A stretch of DNA of 64,000 bases from Bacilli bacterium (GTDB lineage: Bacteria; Bacillota_I; Bacilli_A; RF39; UBA660): positions 74,494 to 138,493 of the forward strand of contig JAFQES010000018.1 of assembly GCA_017398945.1 (NCBI GenBank), in the 5' to 3' direction. The notes beneath the pieces were generated by a model. It saw only the letters and a list, made by a program, of their open reading frames with translations, was not told the origin of the DNA and ran no database searches. Of this stretch, positions 8,807 to 18,103 are shown piece by piece. A program made the translations under genes and the position numbers. Position 1 is the first letter of the stretch; each line of letters opens with the position of its first letter.

Positions 8807-9604
8807 TTATTTTTCCAATTGTTTTAAGCTTTTAGCTGGAGTTGGTAACTCTTCTGGCATAGTTCCAACATTTTTTGCTATTACATCTCTGATATTTTTT
8901 CCAATATGATAATGTACTTGATTGGCATTATTTTCTCCTTGGACTTTATCTTTCTTTAATTTTTGTTCTGTTTGAGAAATTCTAAATAAGTTTGCGATAA
9001 GTTCGTCACTACCCATATTATCTAAAATATCTTCTCTGTAGTTGAGATTTTTTCTTTTAGCAATATCATTTGCTGTTTCTCCATTATATAATCCCTTATA
9101 ACCAGCGTTATGAAACTTATCAAAATTTTTAACTCCAGAGTTTTTAGCAGCAATGTTTAAGGAACCATTTCCTTTTCTATTTAAGTTTCTTTGGTAGAAT
9201 CTTTTTTCTTCTTCAGTCAAACTAGAATACTCTTTTTCGGTTATTTCCATTTTTCTGGTTTGAATTGCAAAATATGTTTGCGCAAATGCAATCACTTCTT
9301 TTCTTGAATCACCATTTTGCGCAACGAGATAACATGCGTAACGACTCAGTTTATAATCTTCAACCCTTCTTTTACCACCTTTTCCAAGTTTTATCATTTT
9401 GGCTACCTTGACAAAATGATCATTAATACTAACGTTACTGTTTTCACAAGCGATTAAAGCTTTTTTAATAACATTTTCAAACTTACGCCATTCTTTATAA
9501 ACAAAAACTAATTGCAACTCTCTTGCTTCCCAATATTCTTTTCCAAGTTCATCTATATGTTTTATATCTTCAAATATATAATGATTAATTTCTAAATTAT
9601 TCAT
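8807..9604 (-). CDS. dinD: DNA-damage-inducible protein D (DinD family), copy 2 (tandem paralogue)
   Basis: Same motifs as copy 1. The C-terminal half is nearly identical at nucleotide level, while the N-terminal ~110 aa are divergent. Confidence 0.85.
   Translation of the reverse strand: MNNLEINHYIFEDIKHIDELGKEYWEARELQLVFVYKEWRKFENVIKKALIACENSNVSINDHFVKVAKMIKLGKGGKRRVEDYKLSRYACYLVAQNGDSRKEVIAFAQTYFAIQTRKMEITEKEYSSLTEEEKRFYQRNLNRKGNGSLNIAAKNSGVKNFDKFHNAGYKGLYNGETANDIAKRKNLNYREDILDNMGSDELIANLFRISQTEQKLKKDKVQGENNANQVHYHIGKNIRDVIAKNVGTMPEELPTPAKSLKQLEK
8909..9263. repeat. Near-identical ~350-bp direct repeat shared by the two tandem dinD copies (copy B)
   Basis: See 8046-8400; the offset is about 863 nt. 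Confidence 0.8.
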
Positions 9605-9665
9605 TATATATCACTCCTTCATTAGTTATATTGCTAATAACACATCAATTTCCTTTTTATTTCAT

Positions 9666-9699
9666 AAAAAAAGTAAAATAGTTTATTTATTTTACTTTT
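9666..9699 (-). terminator. Rho-independent terminator after the P-type ATPase gene
   Basis: 11-bp stem aaaagtaaaat/attttactttt with a 9-nt loop, followed by a T-run on the minus strand, 8 nt after the stop at 9707. Confidence 0.65.
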
Positions 9700-9706
9700 A
9701 GAAAAT

Positions 9707-12337
9707 TTACACTCCGGTTTTTAAATGTTTCTTACGTAGGATAGTCTTACGGATAAAGTCTATCGGTATAACAGTAAATGCCATGATTAAAACAAAAGCA
9801 AATTCTGATGCATGAAGTCCATAAGTTCTAAATAAGTCTCCACCATGATAAATTAAATATATTTGAACACTAACGATAAATGCTATTACTACTATAAAAA
9901 CTTTGTTTTTAGTAATGTTTCCTAAAATGTTTAATCTTTGACTTCTCGCGTTAAATGAATTAAAGATGCCAATAAAAATAAATAACGCAAAGTAAGCAGT
10001 CATTAAGTATATATTATCAGGTCCTGTTCTTATAAATGTTTTAATTATTGGTAATTTTAGAAATAAAATACATAAAATTGCTGAATATAAACCGGTAAAG
10101 AATATTTCCCCATACATATACGAATTCATAATTGGTTCATTTTTAGCTTTTGGTGGTTCTTTCATATATTCTTTTAATGGTGGTTCAAAGGAAAATGCTA
10201 AACCAGCAAAAGTATCCATAATCATATTTAACCATAGCATTTGAATTATTGTTATAGGTGTATCTATCCCAATAAATGGTCCAACAATTGATAAAACTAA
10301 AGCACACATATTAACTGTTAATTGATAGATAATAAATTTACGAATACTTTTAAAAATAGTTCTTCCATAAAGGATAGCTTTACTTATAGATAAAATGTTA
10401 TTATCTAGAATGATTATATCAGCAGCTTCTTTGGCAACCTCTGTTCCACTTCCCATAGCAAAACCAACATCAGCTTTTTTTAATGCCGGAGCATCATTTA
10501 CGCCGTCTCCTGTCATTCCGACAATTAATTCCATATCTTCAAGTATCTTAACTAATCTAGATTTATCACTAGGTAAAGCTCTAGCAATAACTTTGATATG
10601 CATAATTATTTTTTTGATTTCCTCATCAGATAAGTTATTTAAATCATTACTTGTTAAAACTAAATCATTAGCATCATCAATTAGCCCTACTTCCGCAGCA
10701 ATATTTTTGGCAGTATCTAGAGCATCTCCTGTAATCATAATGGTATGAATTCCGGCGCTTTTAATTAATGATATTCCTTCTTTGGCTTCTTTTCTTAATT
10801 CGTCTTTTATACAAACAATTCCTAAAATTGTACAACCACTTAATTTATCACTTGTATCATTATAAGCGAGTAATATTACTCTGTTTCCTTTTTTGGTTAA
10901 ATCTTTTATTTTATTTTCAATATTATCTTTTTTTAATAAAACATTTTTTTTACCAAATTTATCAACACAATATCTAGCTGCCGGCAATATAACTTCAGTA
11001 GCACCTTTAAAATAAGTAAAACCATTACTTTTGGCAATTGTAACGGCACTATACTTTTTGGAACTATCAAATAAAATTTTGTTAATAACTCCAAAATTAT
11101 TTACTTTGGCGTCTTTAACGTAATTAAGTAAAGCTTGGTCAGTCATATTACCACCGATAATCTTTTCTCCCGTTACTTTACTTTCATTATTATAATAAAG
11201 ATTTTCTATTACTAATTCGTGATAAGTTTTAAATCTTTCTAAAGCTTTGATTGAATTAAATAAAGTTAGATCTGGACTATAAATAGCAGATACTTCTAAC
11301 TCTCCTTTAGTTAATGTTCCTGTCTTATCGGTAAGTAAAACATTTAAACTTCCGGCGGTTTCAATTCCAACTAATTTTCTAACCAAAACATTATCTTTTA
11401 ACATCCTTTTCATATTACTTGATAATACTAAAGTTATCATCATTGGAAGTCCTTCTGGTACTGCAACTACAATGATTGTGACACTTAATGTTAACGCATA
11501 TAATAAATAACTAGACATCATTTGAAAATTTGTTATTGTTGATAAAATTAATTCTTTATCAAAATTATTTTTAATAAAAATTACTGCAAAAAGATATGAT
11601 AGAGTAACCAAACCAGCCCCGATATAACCTATTTTACTAATAACATTAGCTAGTCCTCTTAAACGTAATTTTAAAGGACTTGTTGGATTTTTTTCTTGTA
11701 GTTCTTTAGCTAACTTTCCGTAAATAGTTTTATCCCCTACACTTGTCACAATCATTGTTGCCTCACCACTATAAACAACAGCTCCACGATATATTTTATT
11801 TGCTTCTGTTGGAGGATTTAGTTTATTTAACACGCTAAATTTTTTAGCTTCTTTTTTTTCACCATTTAATGAACTTTCATCAACCGATAAATTTCCTTTA
11901 AACAGATATCCGTCAGCTGGTATTTTATCTCCACTTTGTAAACTAACGTAATCACCTACTACTATTTCTTCTATAGGTATTTCTTTTAATTTGTTTTGAC
12001 GCCACACTTTAGCTTTTATTTTAGAAGCTTCTTCTTGTAATTTTTCAAATGCCGCTTCACTTCCATATTCAGAAATTGAAGAAATAAACGACGCTAAAAA
12101 GACAGCTATTAGTATTCCAATTGTTTCATATATATCAAAATCTTTAAAAAGAAATAACACTTTAATGGCTAAAGCAATTAATAAGATTCTAATAATTGGA
12201 TCAGCAAGTGATTCATATAATAGCTTTAAAAAACTATTTTTTTTAGTTTGAGTAATACTATTTGTACCATTTTCTTTACGGCTTTTTAATACTTGTTCAT
12301 TATTTAATCCGTTCATTATAGGCTTGTCCTCCCACAA
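9707..12337 (-). CDS. P-type Ca2+-transporting ATPase (P2 type)
   Basis: Phosphorylation motif LLTDKTGTLT, VPEGLPMMITL in TM4, TGDALDTA and GDGVNDAPALKKADVGFAMG. 876 aa with about 10 TM segments. Confidence 0.9.
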   Translation of the reverse strand: MWEDKPIMNGLNNEQVLKSRKENGTNSITQTKKNSFLKLLYESLADPIIRILLIALAIKVLFLFKDFDIYETIGILIAVFLASFISSISEYGSEAAFEKLQEEASKIKAKVWRQNKLKEIPIEEIVVGDYVSLQSGDKIPADGYLFKGNLSVDESSLNGEKKEAKKFSVLNKLNPPTEANKIYRGAVVYSGEATMIVTSVGDKTIYGKLAKELQEKNPTSPLKLRLRGLANVISKIGYIGAGLVTLSYLFAVIFIKNNFDKELILSTITNFQMMSSYLLYALTLSVTIIVVAVPEGLPMMITLVLSSNMKRMLKDNVLVRKLVGIETAGSLNVLLTDKTGTLTKGELEVSAIYSPDLTLFNSIKALERFKTYHELVIENLYYNNESKVTGEKIIGGNMTDQALLNYVKDAKVNNFGVINKILFDSSKKYSAVTIAKSNGFTYFKGATEVILPAARYCVDKFGKKNVLLKKDNIENKIKDLTKKGNRVILLAYNDTSDKLSGCTILGIVCIKDELRKEAKEGISLIKSAGIHTIMITGDALDTAKNIAAEVGLIDDANDLVLTSNDLNNLSDEEIKKIIMHIKVIARALPSDKSRLVKILEDMELIVGMTGDGVNDAPALKKADVGFAMGSGTEVAKEAADIIILDNNILSISKAILYGRTIFKSIRKFIIYQLTVNMCALVLSIVGPFIGIDTPITIIQMLWLNMIMDTFAGLAFSFEPPLKEYMKEPPKAKNEPIMNSYMYGEIFFTGLYSAILCILFLKLPIIKTFIRTGPDNIYLMTAYFALFIFIGIFNSFNARSQRLNILGNITKNKVFIVVIAFIVSVQIYLIYHGGDLFRTYGLHASEFAFVLIMAFTVIPIDFIRKTILRKKHLKTGV

Positions 12338-12360
12338 TAACTATATGAACTAATAATGAT

Positions 12361-13308
12361 TTAATGACTAGTTTTATAATTTAAAAAATTTATAACTAAA
12401 TCGACTAAAATATCTTTTTCTTTAGGATCAGATTGAGCGATTAACAATGTAATGCCAACTAACGCATTATTATCAATAACTTGATTTCCATTTAAATAAA
12501 GTAAATTATAGAAGTTTAAGAAGTAGATAAATAATGTTGCCGCAATTCTTTTATTCCCATCAATAAATACATGGTTTTTCGTAATTAAATATAAAAGATT
12601 AGCCGCTTTTTCTTCAATGGACGGATATACATCCTTGCCATCAAATGATTGATATATAGCTCCTAATATTGATTTTAAACCTTCATTCCTTTCAAGAGCA
12701 AATAATTTACTCTTTTCATCAAATTTTAAACTCCTAATAACATTTAAACAATCTTCATAAGTTATTTTGTTATAAGAAATATTTCCTTTGGGTTTAGAAA
12801 GTCTTTGATGATCATAATCATCCAGAAGATTAAAAGCTTTTGAATAATTATTTATAACTCTGATTATCTCTTGAGATTCAGAATTCTCCAAATTTTGATC
12901 AATTCTACTAGCAATATCAATTAGCTTAATAGTTTTTTCGAGATATTCTAATCTTTTATTATTAATAGCGTGTCCTTTAATTAAATAATCTTTTAGAATC
13001 TTATTTGCCCATTTTCTAAAAATTATTCCATTTTTTGATTTAACGCGATAACCTACACTTATTATCATGTCCAAATTATAATAATCAACATTATAAACTT
13101 TACCATCTCGAGCAGTTGTTGCAAATTTTGCAATAACTGAATTTGATAATTCTTCTGCCAATATATTTTTAATGTGCCTAAATATAACCGATTTATTTCG
13201 ATTAAATAATTGAATCATCTGATCTAAAGATAGCCACACAGTTTCATCTTGAAGATTTACTTCTAATTTTATATCTTGATCTTCAAACAAGATAATTTCA
13301 TTTTTCAT
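12361..13308 (-). CDS. RhuM-family N-domain fused to a Fic/DOC domain
   Basis: The N-terminal half has YNLDMIISVGYRVKSKNGIIFRKWA (RhuM-like core). The C-terminal half carries the Fic/Doc motif HVFIDGNKRIAA. Confidence 0.75.
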   Translation of the reverse strand: MKNEIILFEDQDIKLEVNLQDETVWLSLDQMIQLFNRNKSVIFRHIKNILAEELSNSVIAKFATTARDGKVYNVDYYNLDMIISVGYRVKSKNGIIFRKWANKILKDYLIKGHAINNKRLEYLEKTIKLIDIASRIDQNLENSESQEIIRVINNYSKAFNLLDDYDHQRLSKPKGNISYNKITYEDCLNVIRSLKFDEKSKLFALERNEGLKSILGAIYQSFDGKDVYPSIEEKAANLLYLITKNHVFIDGNKRIAATLFIYFLNFYNLLYLNGNQVIDNNALVGITLLIAQSDPKEKDILVDLVINFLNYKTSH

Positions 13309-13462
13309 TTTTGATTTTCCCTTTCTGCCTTATCCATGCAAAAATCAAAAAAATATTTTTAATAACCTTCCATATTAATTATACCATGCGTCTATTTTTA
13401 CGCCAATGTTTATTTAAAGTAAATTATCCAAAAATAGAATTTTCTTCTAAATTTATAATTAT

Positions 13463-13975
13463 CTATTTATAAATAATCTTATACGTTTTATTCATTGGAT
13501 CAAAAAAGAAAAAATTATCTAAAGGATTAAATGTTAAGTAAGCATTTAGTATTAAAATTAAAATAATTATTATAATTGATATGTCATTAACATTTTTTGA
13601 ATTTATATTAATTAATGATGTAATAAATTCTCCAAATACAATTGATAAGAATAATAGTATTAAAGTAAAAACTAAGTTTTCATTGTAATTTAAATAAATT
13701 GGTATATAAATAATTAAAAAGAATATAATGCAACTTAAACTAGAAATTAAACATTCAATAGTTATGTTTTCTTCTTTATATTTAAATATTTTTCTAATTA
13801 AGTAAAAAATTACATAACAAGTAAATATCATTTTCATATGCTGAAATATGCTTTCATTTACTGGAAAGAATAAAGCGGTAAAATTATTTGGAAAATAACC
13901 AAAAAGAAAATGAGCTGGAAAATTTAAAAGATATATTATGACACTTCTAATTAAAATTTTAACAATATTTTTCAT
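13463..13975 (-). CDS. Polytopic membrane protein, function unknown
   Basis: 170 aa with about 5 hydrophobic segments. Last gene of the cluster with the Tyr-rich peptide and the ABC transporter. Confidence 0.4.
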   Translation of the reverse strand: MKNIVKILIRSVIIYLLNFPAHFLFGYFPNNFTALFFPVNESIFQHMKMIFTCYVIFYLIRKIFKYKEENITIECLISSLSCIIFFLIIYIPIYLNYNENLVFTLILLFLSIVFGEFITSLININSKNVNDISIIIIILILILNAYLTFNPLDNFFFFDPMNKTYKIIYK

Positions 13976-13986
13976 ATTAAATTTTA

Positions 13987-15993
13987 CTATTCTTTAGATA
14001 ATGATATGACTGGTTCTTTTTTAGAAGCAATAAATGCCGGAATCAAACTACTTATTAGAGTTAGGATTATACTAGTAACTAATACTGAAACACAAATATT
14101 AAAGTTAATTTGAGCTATATTACTTATTTCTAAGTATTGATATAGTAATTTGTTTATGTAATCAATAAGAAGATAACTGATTACTATAGCGATAATCCCG
14201 GAAGTTAGACCAATTAAAAATCCTTCGGCCAAAAATATTTTTCTAATGTCTTTTGATCGTGCCCCTAAACTTCTTAAGATGCCGATTTCTTTTGTTCTTT
14301 CTAATACAGAAATATAAATTACTATGCTTATCATTAAAATAGATACAATTAGTGATATACATGAAAATAATATTAAAATAATTGTTAAAATGTTAATAAG
14401 TTCTTTAGTCGTATCTGTAAGATCTTTAGCATAATCCGAGAAAATTATTTCTTTGTTTTCTGAAAGATAATTTATTATATTTTCTTTTCCTTTAAAATCT
14501 TTAGGATATAAGTAAATAATTTGAGGCATTATATTTTTATTGAGGGTTTTATCTAAACTATCCAAATAAACAAAATTATCTTTATCATAATTAAATTGCA
14601 TAGCTCCTATAACACTTTCATCTTTTATGATACCTATTCCAACTATTGTTAGTTTTGTATCTTTGTTCTTATTTTTTAATAATATCTTTTGATTAATTAT
14701 TTTTTGTGAATCAATCTTATTTTTATTTAAAGAGAATGCATCTACTAAGCTCCTAGATATTTCTTTATTTTCATTTACTAATAGCAACGCTTCATTATCA
14801 TCTTTAGGATAACAACCAGTCAATAAATTAAATTCGGAAGAAAAATAATCTTTGTTAATGCTAAACATATTTATATTAATTGAAGACAAAGATTTTTTAT
14901 TAATTTTTATCTCATAATCTATAGCATATTGATAGCTAACAGATGATATAAAGTTATTATTAAGATTAGCAATAAAATCCAAATAAGAGTTGGTAAATTT
15001 GTTTTCATGGTATTTATTAGCAATAGTTTCACTTACTATTAAATCTTTACTGGAATTTTTTAATTTGTTGTTGTTAATAGTCTGATTAACTACGCCATTT
15101 TGAATAACTATAGGAAAATTAGCCATAGCTTGCTTTTCAAAATCTTTAATTTGTTTATTAAAGCCACTTGATATCGCTAAAATTATAACAATACCAATTA
15201 AACCAATTGATGCTGCCAAAGCAGTTAGAAAAAAGCGAAATTTTTTAGATAGAAGATTTTTTAAAGAAAGTTTTATAGCAGTTATAAATGATAATTTAGT
15301 TTTTTTTAAGTTAATTTTTGTATTTATATTATTCTTTTCTAGTTGTGGTTTATTAATGATTTTACCATCTTGCATTCTAATGATATGATTAGTATATTTT
15401 AAAGCTAATTTTTCATTATGAGTTACCATTATGACTAACTTTTCTTTGGATATTTCTAAAAAAAGGTTCATTATCTCTAAACTTGTCTTAGAATCAAGAG
15501 CTCCGGTCGGTTCATCAGCCAGGATAATTGGTGGATCATTTACCAATGCTCTAGCGATAGCTACTCTTTGTTTTTCGCCACCTGATAATTGATATGGATA
15601 GGCTTTTTTTTTGGATAATAATCCTACTTCATTTAAAACTTTTAATGATTTCTTAGTATAATCAAATTTGTTGGATAATTTAAGTTTTAAGTTGATATTA
15701 TCCATAACTGATAAATGATTTATTAAATGGTAATTTTGAAAAACAAACCCAATCATATTATTGCGATAGCTATCCCACTCTTTTTCTTTAAAATTTTTAG
15801 TATTTTTATTCGCTAATATTATATTTCCACAACTCGGCTTAGTTAATCCCCCAATAATATTTAACAAAGTTGTTTTACCACAGCCACTATGACCTAAAAT
15901 TGCTATAAAGCCTTTTTTGGGAAATTTGATGTTTATATTTTTTAAGGCTATTGTTTCTTTATAATATTTTGAAATGTTTTTTAGTTCAATCAT
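13987..15993 (-). CDS. ABC transporter, fused ATP-binding and FtsX-like permease protein (MacB-like)
   Basis: Walker A GHSGCGKTT, signature LSGGEKQRVAIARAL, Walker B ILADEPTGALD, and a C-terminal 4-TM FtsX-type domain. The start is set at MIELKNISKYY (SD aaaggaaa upstream); the track start at 16035 is an upstream extension. Confidence 0.85.
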   Translation of the reverse strand: MIELKNISKYYKETIALKNINIKFPKKGFIAILGHSGCGKTTLLNIIGGLTKPSCGNIILANKNTKNFKEKEWDSYRNNMIGFVFQNYHLINHLSVMDNINLKLKLSNKFDYTKKSLKVLNEVGLLSKKKAYPYQLSGGEKQRVAIARALVNDPPIILADEPTGALDSKTSLEIMNLFLEISKEKLVIMVTHNEKLALKYTNHIIRMQDGKIINKPQLEKNNINTKINLKKTKLSFITAIKLSLKNLLSKKFRFFLTALAASIGLIGIVIILAISSGFNKQIKDFEKQAMANFPIVIQNGVVNQTINNNKLKNSSKDLIVSETIANKYHENKFTNSYLDFIANLNNNFISSVSYQYAIDYEIKINKKSLSSININMFSINKDYFSSEFNLLTGCYPKDDNEALLLVNENKEISRSLVDAFSLNKNKIDSQKIINQKILLKNKNKDTKLTIVGIGIIKDESVIGAMQFNYDKDNFVYLDSLDKTLNKNIMPQIIYLYPKDFKGKENIINYLSENKEIIFSDYAKDLTDTTKELINILTIILILFSCISLIVSILMISIVIYISVLERTKEIGILRSLGARSKDIRKIFLAEGFLIGLTSGIIAIVISYLLIDYINKLLYQYLEISNIAQINFNICVSVLVTSIILTLISSLIPAFIASKKEPVISLSKE

Positions 15994-16041
15994 GTTTTTT
16001 CCTTTTCTAATCATAAAAGAAAAAGAAGTATGCACTTCTTA

Positions 16042-16236
16042 TTATCTATATGGAATATATCCACCATATGAATTATAATAATATGGATATGGTGCATATC
16101 CTGCATTATAGTAAGGAGCTACATTATAAATTGGTCTTGGTCTAGTTAATCCAACTGCTGCTCCACCTACTAAAGCACCTGTTAAAAACGGAAAAATTAT
16201 ACGATCTCCATCTTTATAATAAGTATTATAATACAT
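16042..16236 (-). CDS. Small Tyr/Gly/Pro-rich protein with a central Gly-zipper hydrophobic segment
   Basis: 64 aa, roughly a quarter tyrosine (MYYNTYYKDG...APYYNAGYAPYPYYYNSYGGYIPYR), with a central FPFLTGALVGGAAVGL. It sits directly upstream of the MacB-like ABC gene. Confidence 0.5.
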   Translation of the reverse strand: MYYNTYYKDGDRIIFPFLTGALVGGAAVGLTRPRPIYNVAPYYNAGYAPYPYYYNSYGGYIPYR

Positions 16237-16486
16237 ACAAAAATCCCCCTTTTTGTTGTATTTTATGCATAGCTCTTTTCATATGACTAAGCAAATATAC
16301 CATACTTATATTTAAAAATAAAATTGCTAAAATTAATGTTCTGTACTATGTTTTTTCCTAAAATTTATTTATTGTTATACAATTTTATAAAATTAATATT
16401 TTTGAAGATTTAATAAATTAATTTTAAGCATATTTAAAATTTTTATATTGCTTGTTAAAGAATTCACTTTGTGTTATATTAAATAT

Positions 16487-16603
16487 GTCAAGAAAACTTG
16501 AATATAATAAAAAAGGATATATCTAATTTTGCAAGGTTAGGTACACTCCTAAAATTGGGTGTGCACACTAAAACTCAAGCTTTGAGCGTTAGTGTGTTTT
16601 TTT
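16487..16603 (+). ncRNA. Candidate antitoxin small RNA (type I TA-like module, copy 1)
   Basis: Extended -10 TGtTATATT at 16472-16480. A hairpin cacactaa...ttagtgtg (16564-16596) plus T7 lies at the 3' end, abutting the stop codon of the convergent 25-codon ORF. The 5' ~45 nt are conserved in the inverted second copy at ~31.4 kb. Ends are predicted only. Confidence 0.4.
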
Positions 16604-16679
16604 ATTTAAATAGTATTATAAATACTAATATAAATAGGAGGATAATTATAATAAATTGAGAAAATTCTCTTTTTGTCAT
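16602..16679 (-). CDS. Candidate type I toxin: 25-aa hydrophobic peptide MTKREFSQFIIIILLFILVFIILFK
   Basis: Found by hand; too short for the ORF track. GGAGG lies 9 nt upstream of the ATG at 16677-16679. It is convergent with the predicted sRNA, and a paralogous copy lies at 31289..31366. Confidence 0.45.
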   Translation of the reverse strand: MTKREFSQFIIIILLFILVFIILFK

Positions 16680-16866
16680 AAAACCTCACCTCCTTTACGT
16701 ATATGTAACGGAGTGCACCTAACGCCATTAAATATATCCAAAGTCATTAAATATTTTATTAATTATATAAGCAAACCACAAAAAAAGAAGTTTAGATAAT
16801 AGTTACGAAGTTAAAAATTTATTGGTGTTAACAAATTTATATCTTTTCGAAAAAAAGAATTACTAT

Positions 16867-18093
16867 CTAAGCAAATATCGCTAAATAGTAATTCTTTTTT
16901 CCTTTTTTTATTATTATAACTTTTTCATCAATTGCCATACTTTTTGAGATAACTAAATCAACATTAGTTACTTTTTTATTATTTATGCTTATAGCATTTC
17001 CTGTTATCATTTCTCTAGCTTCTCTTTTACTAGAACAGATTCCATTATTAACTAATACATCAATAATATTTTCTTCATTAGTCAAAGTTACTTGTTTAAC
17101 ATCTTTAAAATTAGCAATAATGTCATTAGCACTTAAGTTAACAATGTCTTCTGTAAATAATGCTTCACTAATTTTTAAAGCCTTTTCATATTCTTTATGA
17201 CCATGTAAGAATGTAATTACTTCTTCTGCTAGTTTTTTATGAGCACGACGTTTTTCTGGAGCTACATTATGTTCTTTTTCAATTTCTTCAATCTCTTCTT
17301 TGCTTAAGAAAGTTAATTTTTTTAGATAATCAATTACCATACTATCTTCAACATTTATGAAAAATTGAAACATTTCATAACTAGAAGTTTTATTAAGATC
17401 TAACCAGATGGCATTACCTTCAGTTTTACCAAATTTCGTACCATCAGACTTTGTTATTAACGGCATGGTAAATCCATAAGCTTCTTTACCAATTTTTTTT
17501 CTAATTAATTCAATACCAGCAGTAATGTTTCCCCATTGATCTTGACCAGCCACTTGCATAGTACAATTACGCGTTTCATATAAATGTAAGAAATCTAATG
17601 CTTGCATTATCATATAAGAAAATTCAGTATAAGTAATCCCTAATTCTAATCTTCTTCTAACGATATCTTTATTTAACATATAAGAAATATTAAAATATTT
17701 TCCGTAATCTCTTAAAAAGTCAATAAAATTGATATCTTTACACCAATCATAGTTGTTTACTACTTCAAATCCAAAAATCTTTTTGGCTTGATTAGTTAAG
17801 CATTCAACATTATGAGCAACTGCTTCTTTAGTAATCATGGCTCTTTCTGCAGTTGGCTTTGGATCTCCAATTTGTCCAGTAGCTCCTCCTACTAACAATA
17901 TTGGATTATGACCAGCTTTTTTTAATCTTGTTGCAATTAAGAAAGATGAGAAGTGTCCAATGTGCATTGAATCTCCAGTTGGATCTGTTCCAATGTAAAA
18001 TGTCATTCCTCCATTATTTAATTTTTCAATTAATGCCGGATCAGAAAAATCTTTTATTAACCCTCTCCATAATAATTCATCATATATTTTCAT
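16867..18093 (-). CDS. tyrS: Tyrosine--tRNA ligase
   Basis: HIGH motif (SMHIGHF), KMSKS-type motif (KFGKT), and a C-terminal S4-like domain. 408 aa. Confidence 0.95.
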   Translation of the reverse strand: MKIYDELLWRGLIKDFSDPALIEKLNNGGMTFYIGTDPTGDSMHIGHFSSFLIATRLKKAGHNPILLVGGATGQIGDPKPTAERAMITKEAVAHNVECLTNQAKKIFGFEVVNNYDWCKDINFIDFLRDYGKYFNISYMLNKDIVRRRLELGITYTEFSYMIMQALDFLHLYETRNCTMQVAGQDQWGNITAGIELIRKKIGKEAYGFTMPLITKSDGTKFGKTEGNAIWLDLNKTSSYEMFQFFINVEDSMVIDYLKKLTFLSKEEIEEIEKEHNVAPEKRRAHKKLAEEVITFLHGHKEYEKALKISEALFTEDIVNLSANDIIANFKDVKQVTLTNEENIIDVLVNNGICSSKREAREMITGNAISINNKKVTNVDLVISKSMAIDEKVIIIKKGKKNYYLAIFA

Positions 18094-18103
18094 AAATACC
18101 CTC

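Noticed and set aside
7917-9706. LexA (Cheo-type GAAC-N4-GTTC) boxes upstream of the dinD copies.
   Set aside because: I read the upstream regions 8742-8806, 9605-9706 and 55567-55650 on both strands and found no such motif.
13463-13975. The 170-aa five-TM protein as the missing prepilin peptidase.
   Set aside because: It has no paired conserved Asp motifs of A24/TadV peptidases. It is located 22 kb from the operon, in a different transcription unit with an ABC transporter.
16513-16745. Short inverted repeat (aaggatatat ... atatatcc) flanking the TA-like module, with the equivalent ggatacatttg/caaatgtatcc pair at 31220/31441, as evidence for a MITE-like mobile element.
   Set aside because: The repeats are short and AT-rich, no target-site duplication is visible, and only two copies exist in the window. 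It fits better as shared promoter-proximal sequence of the two convergent transcription units. The question stays open without a genome-wide repeat search.
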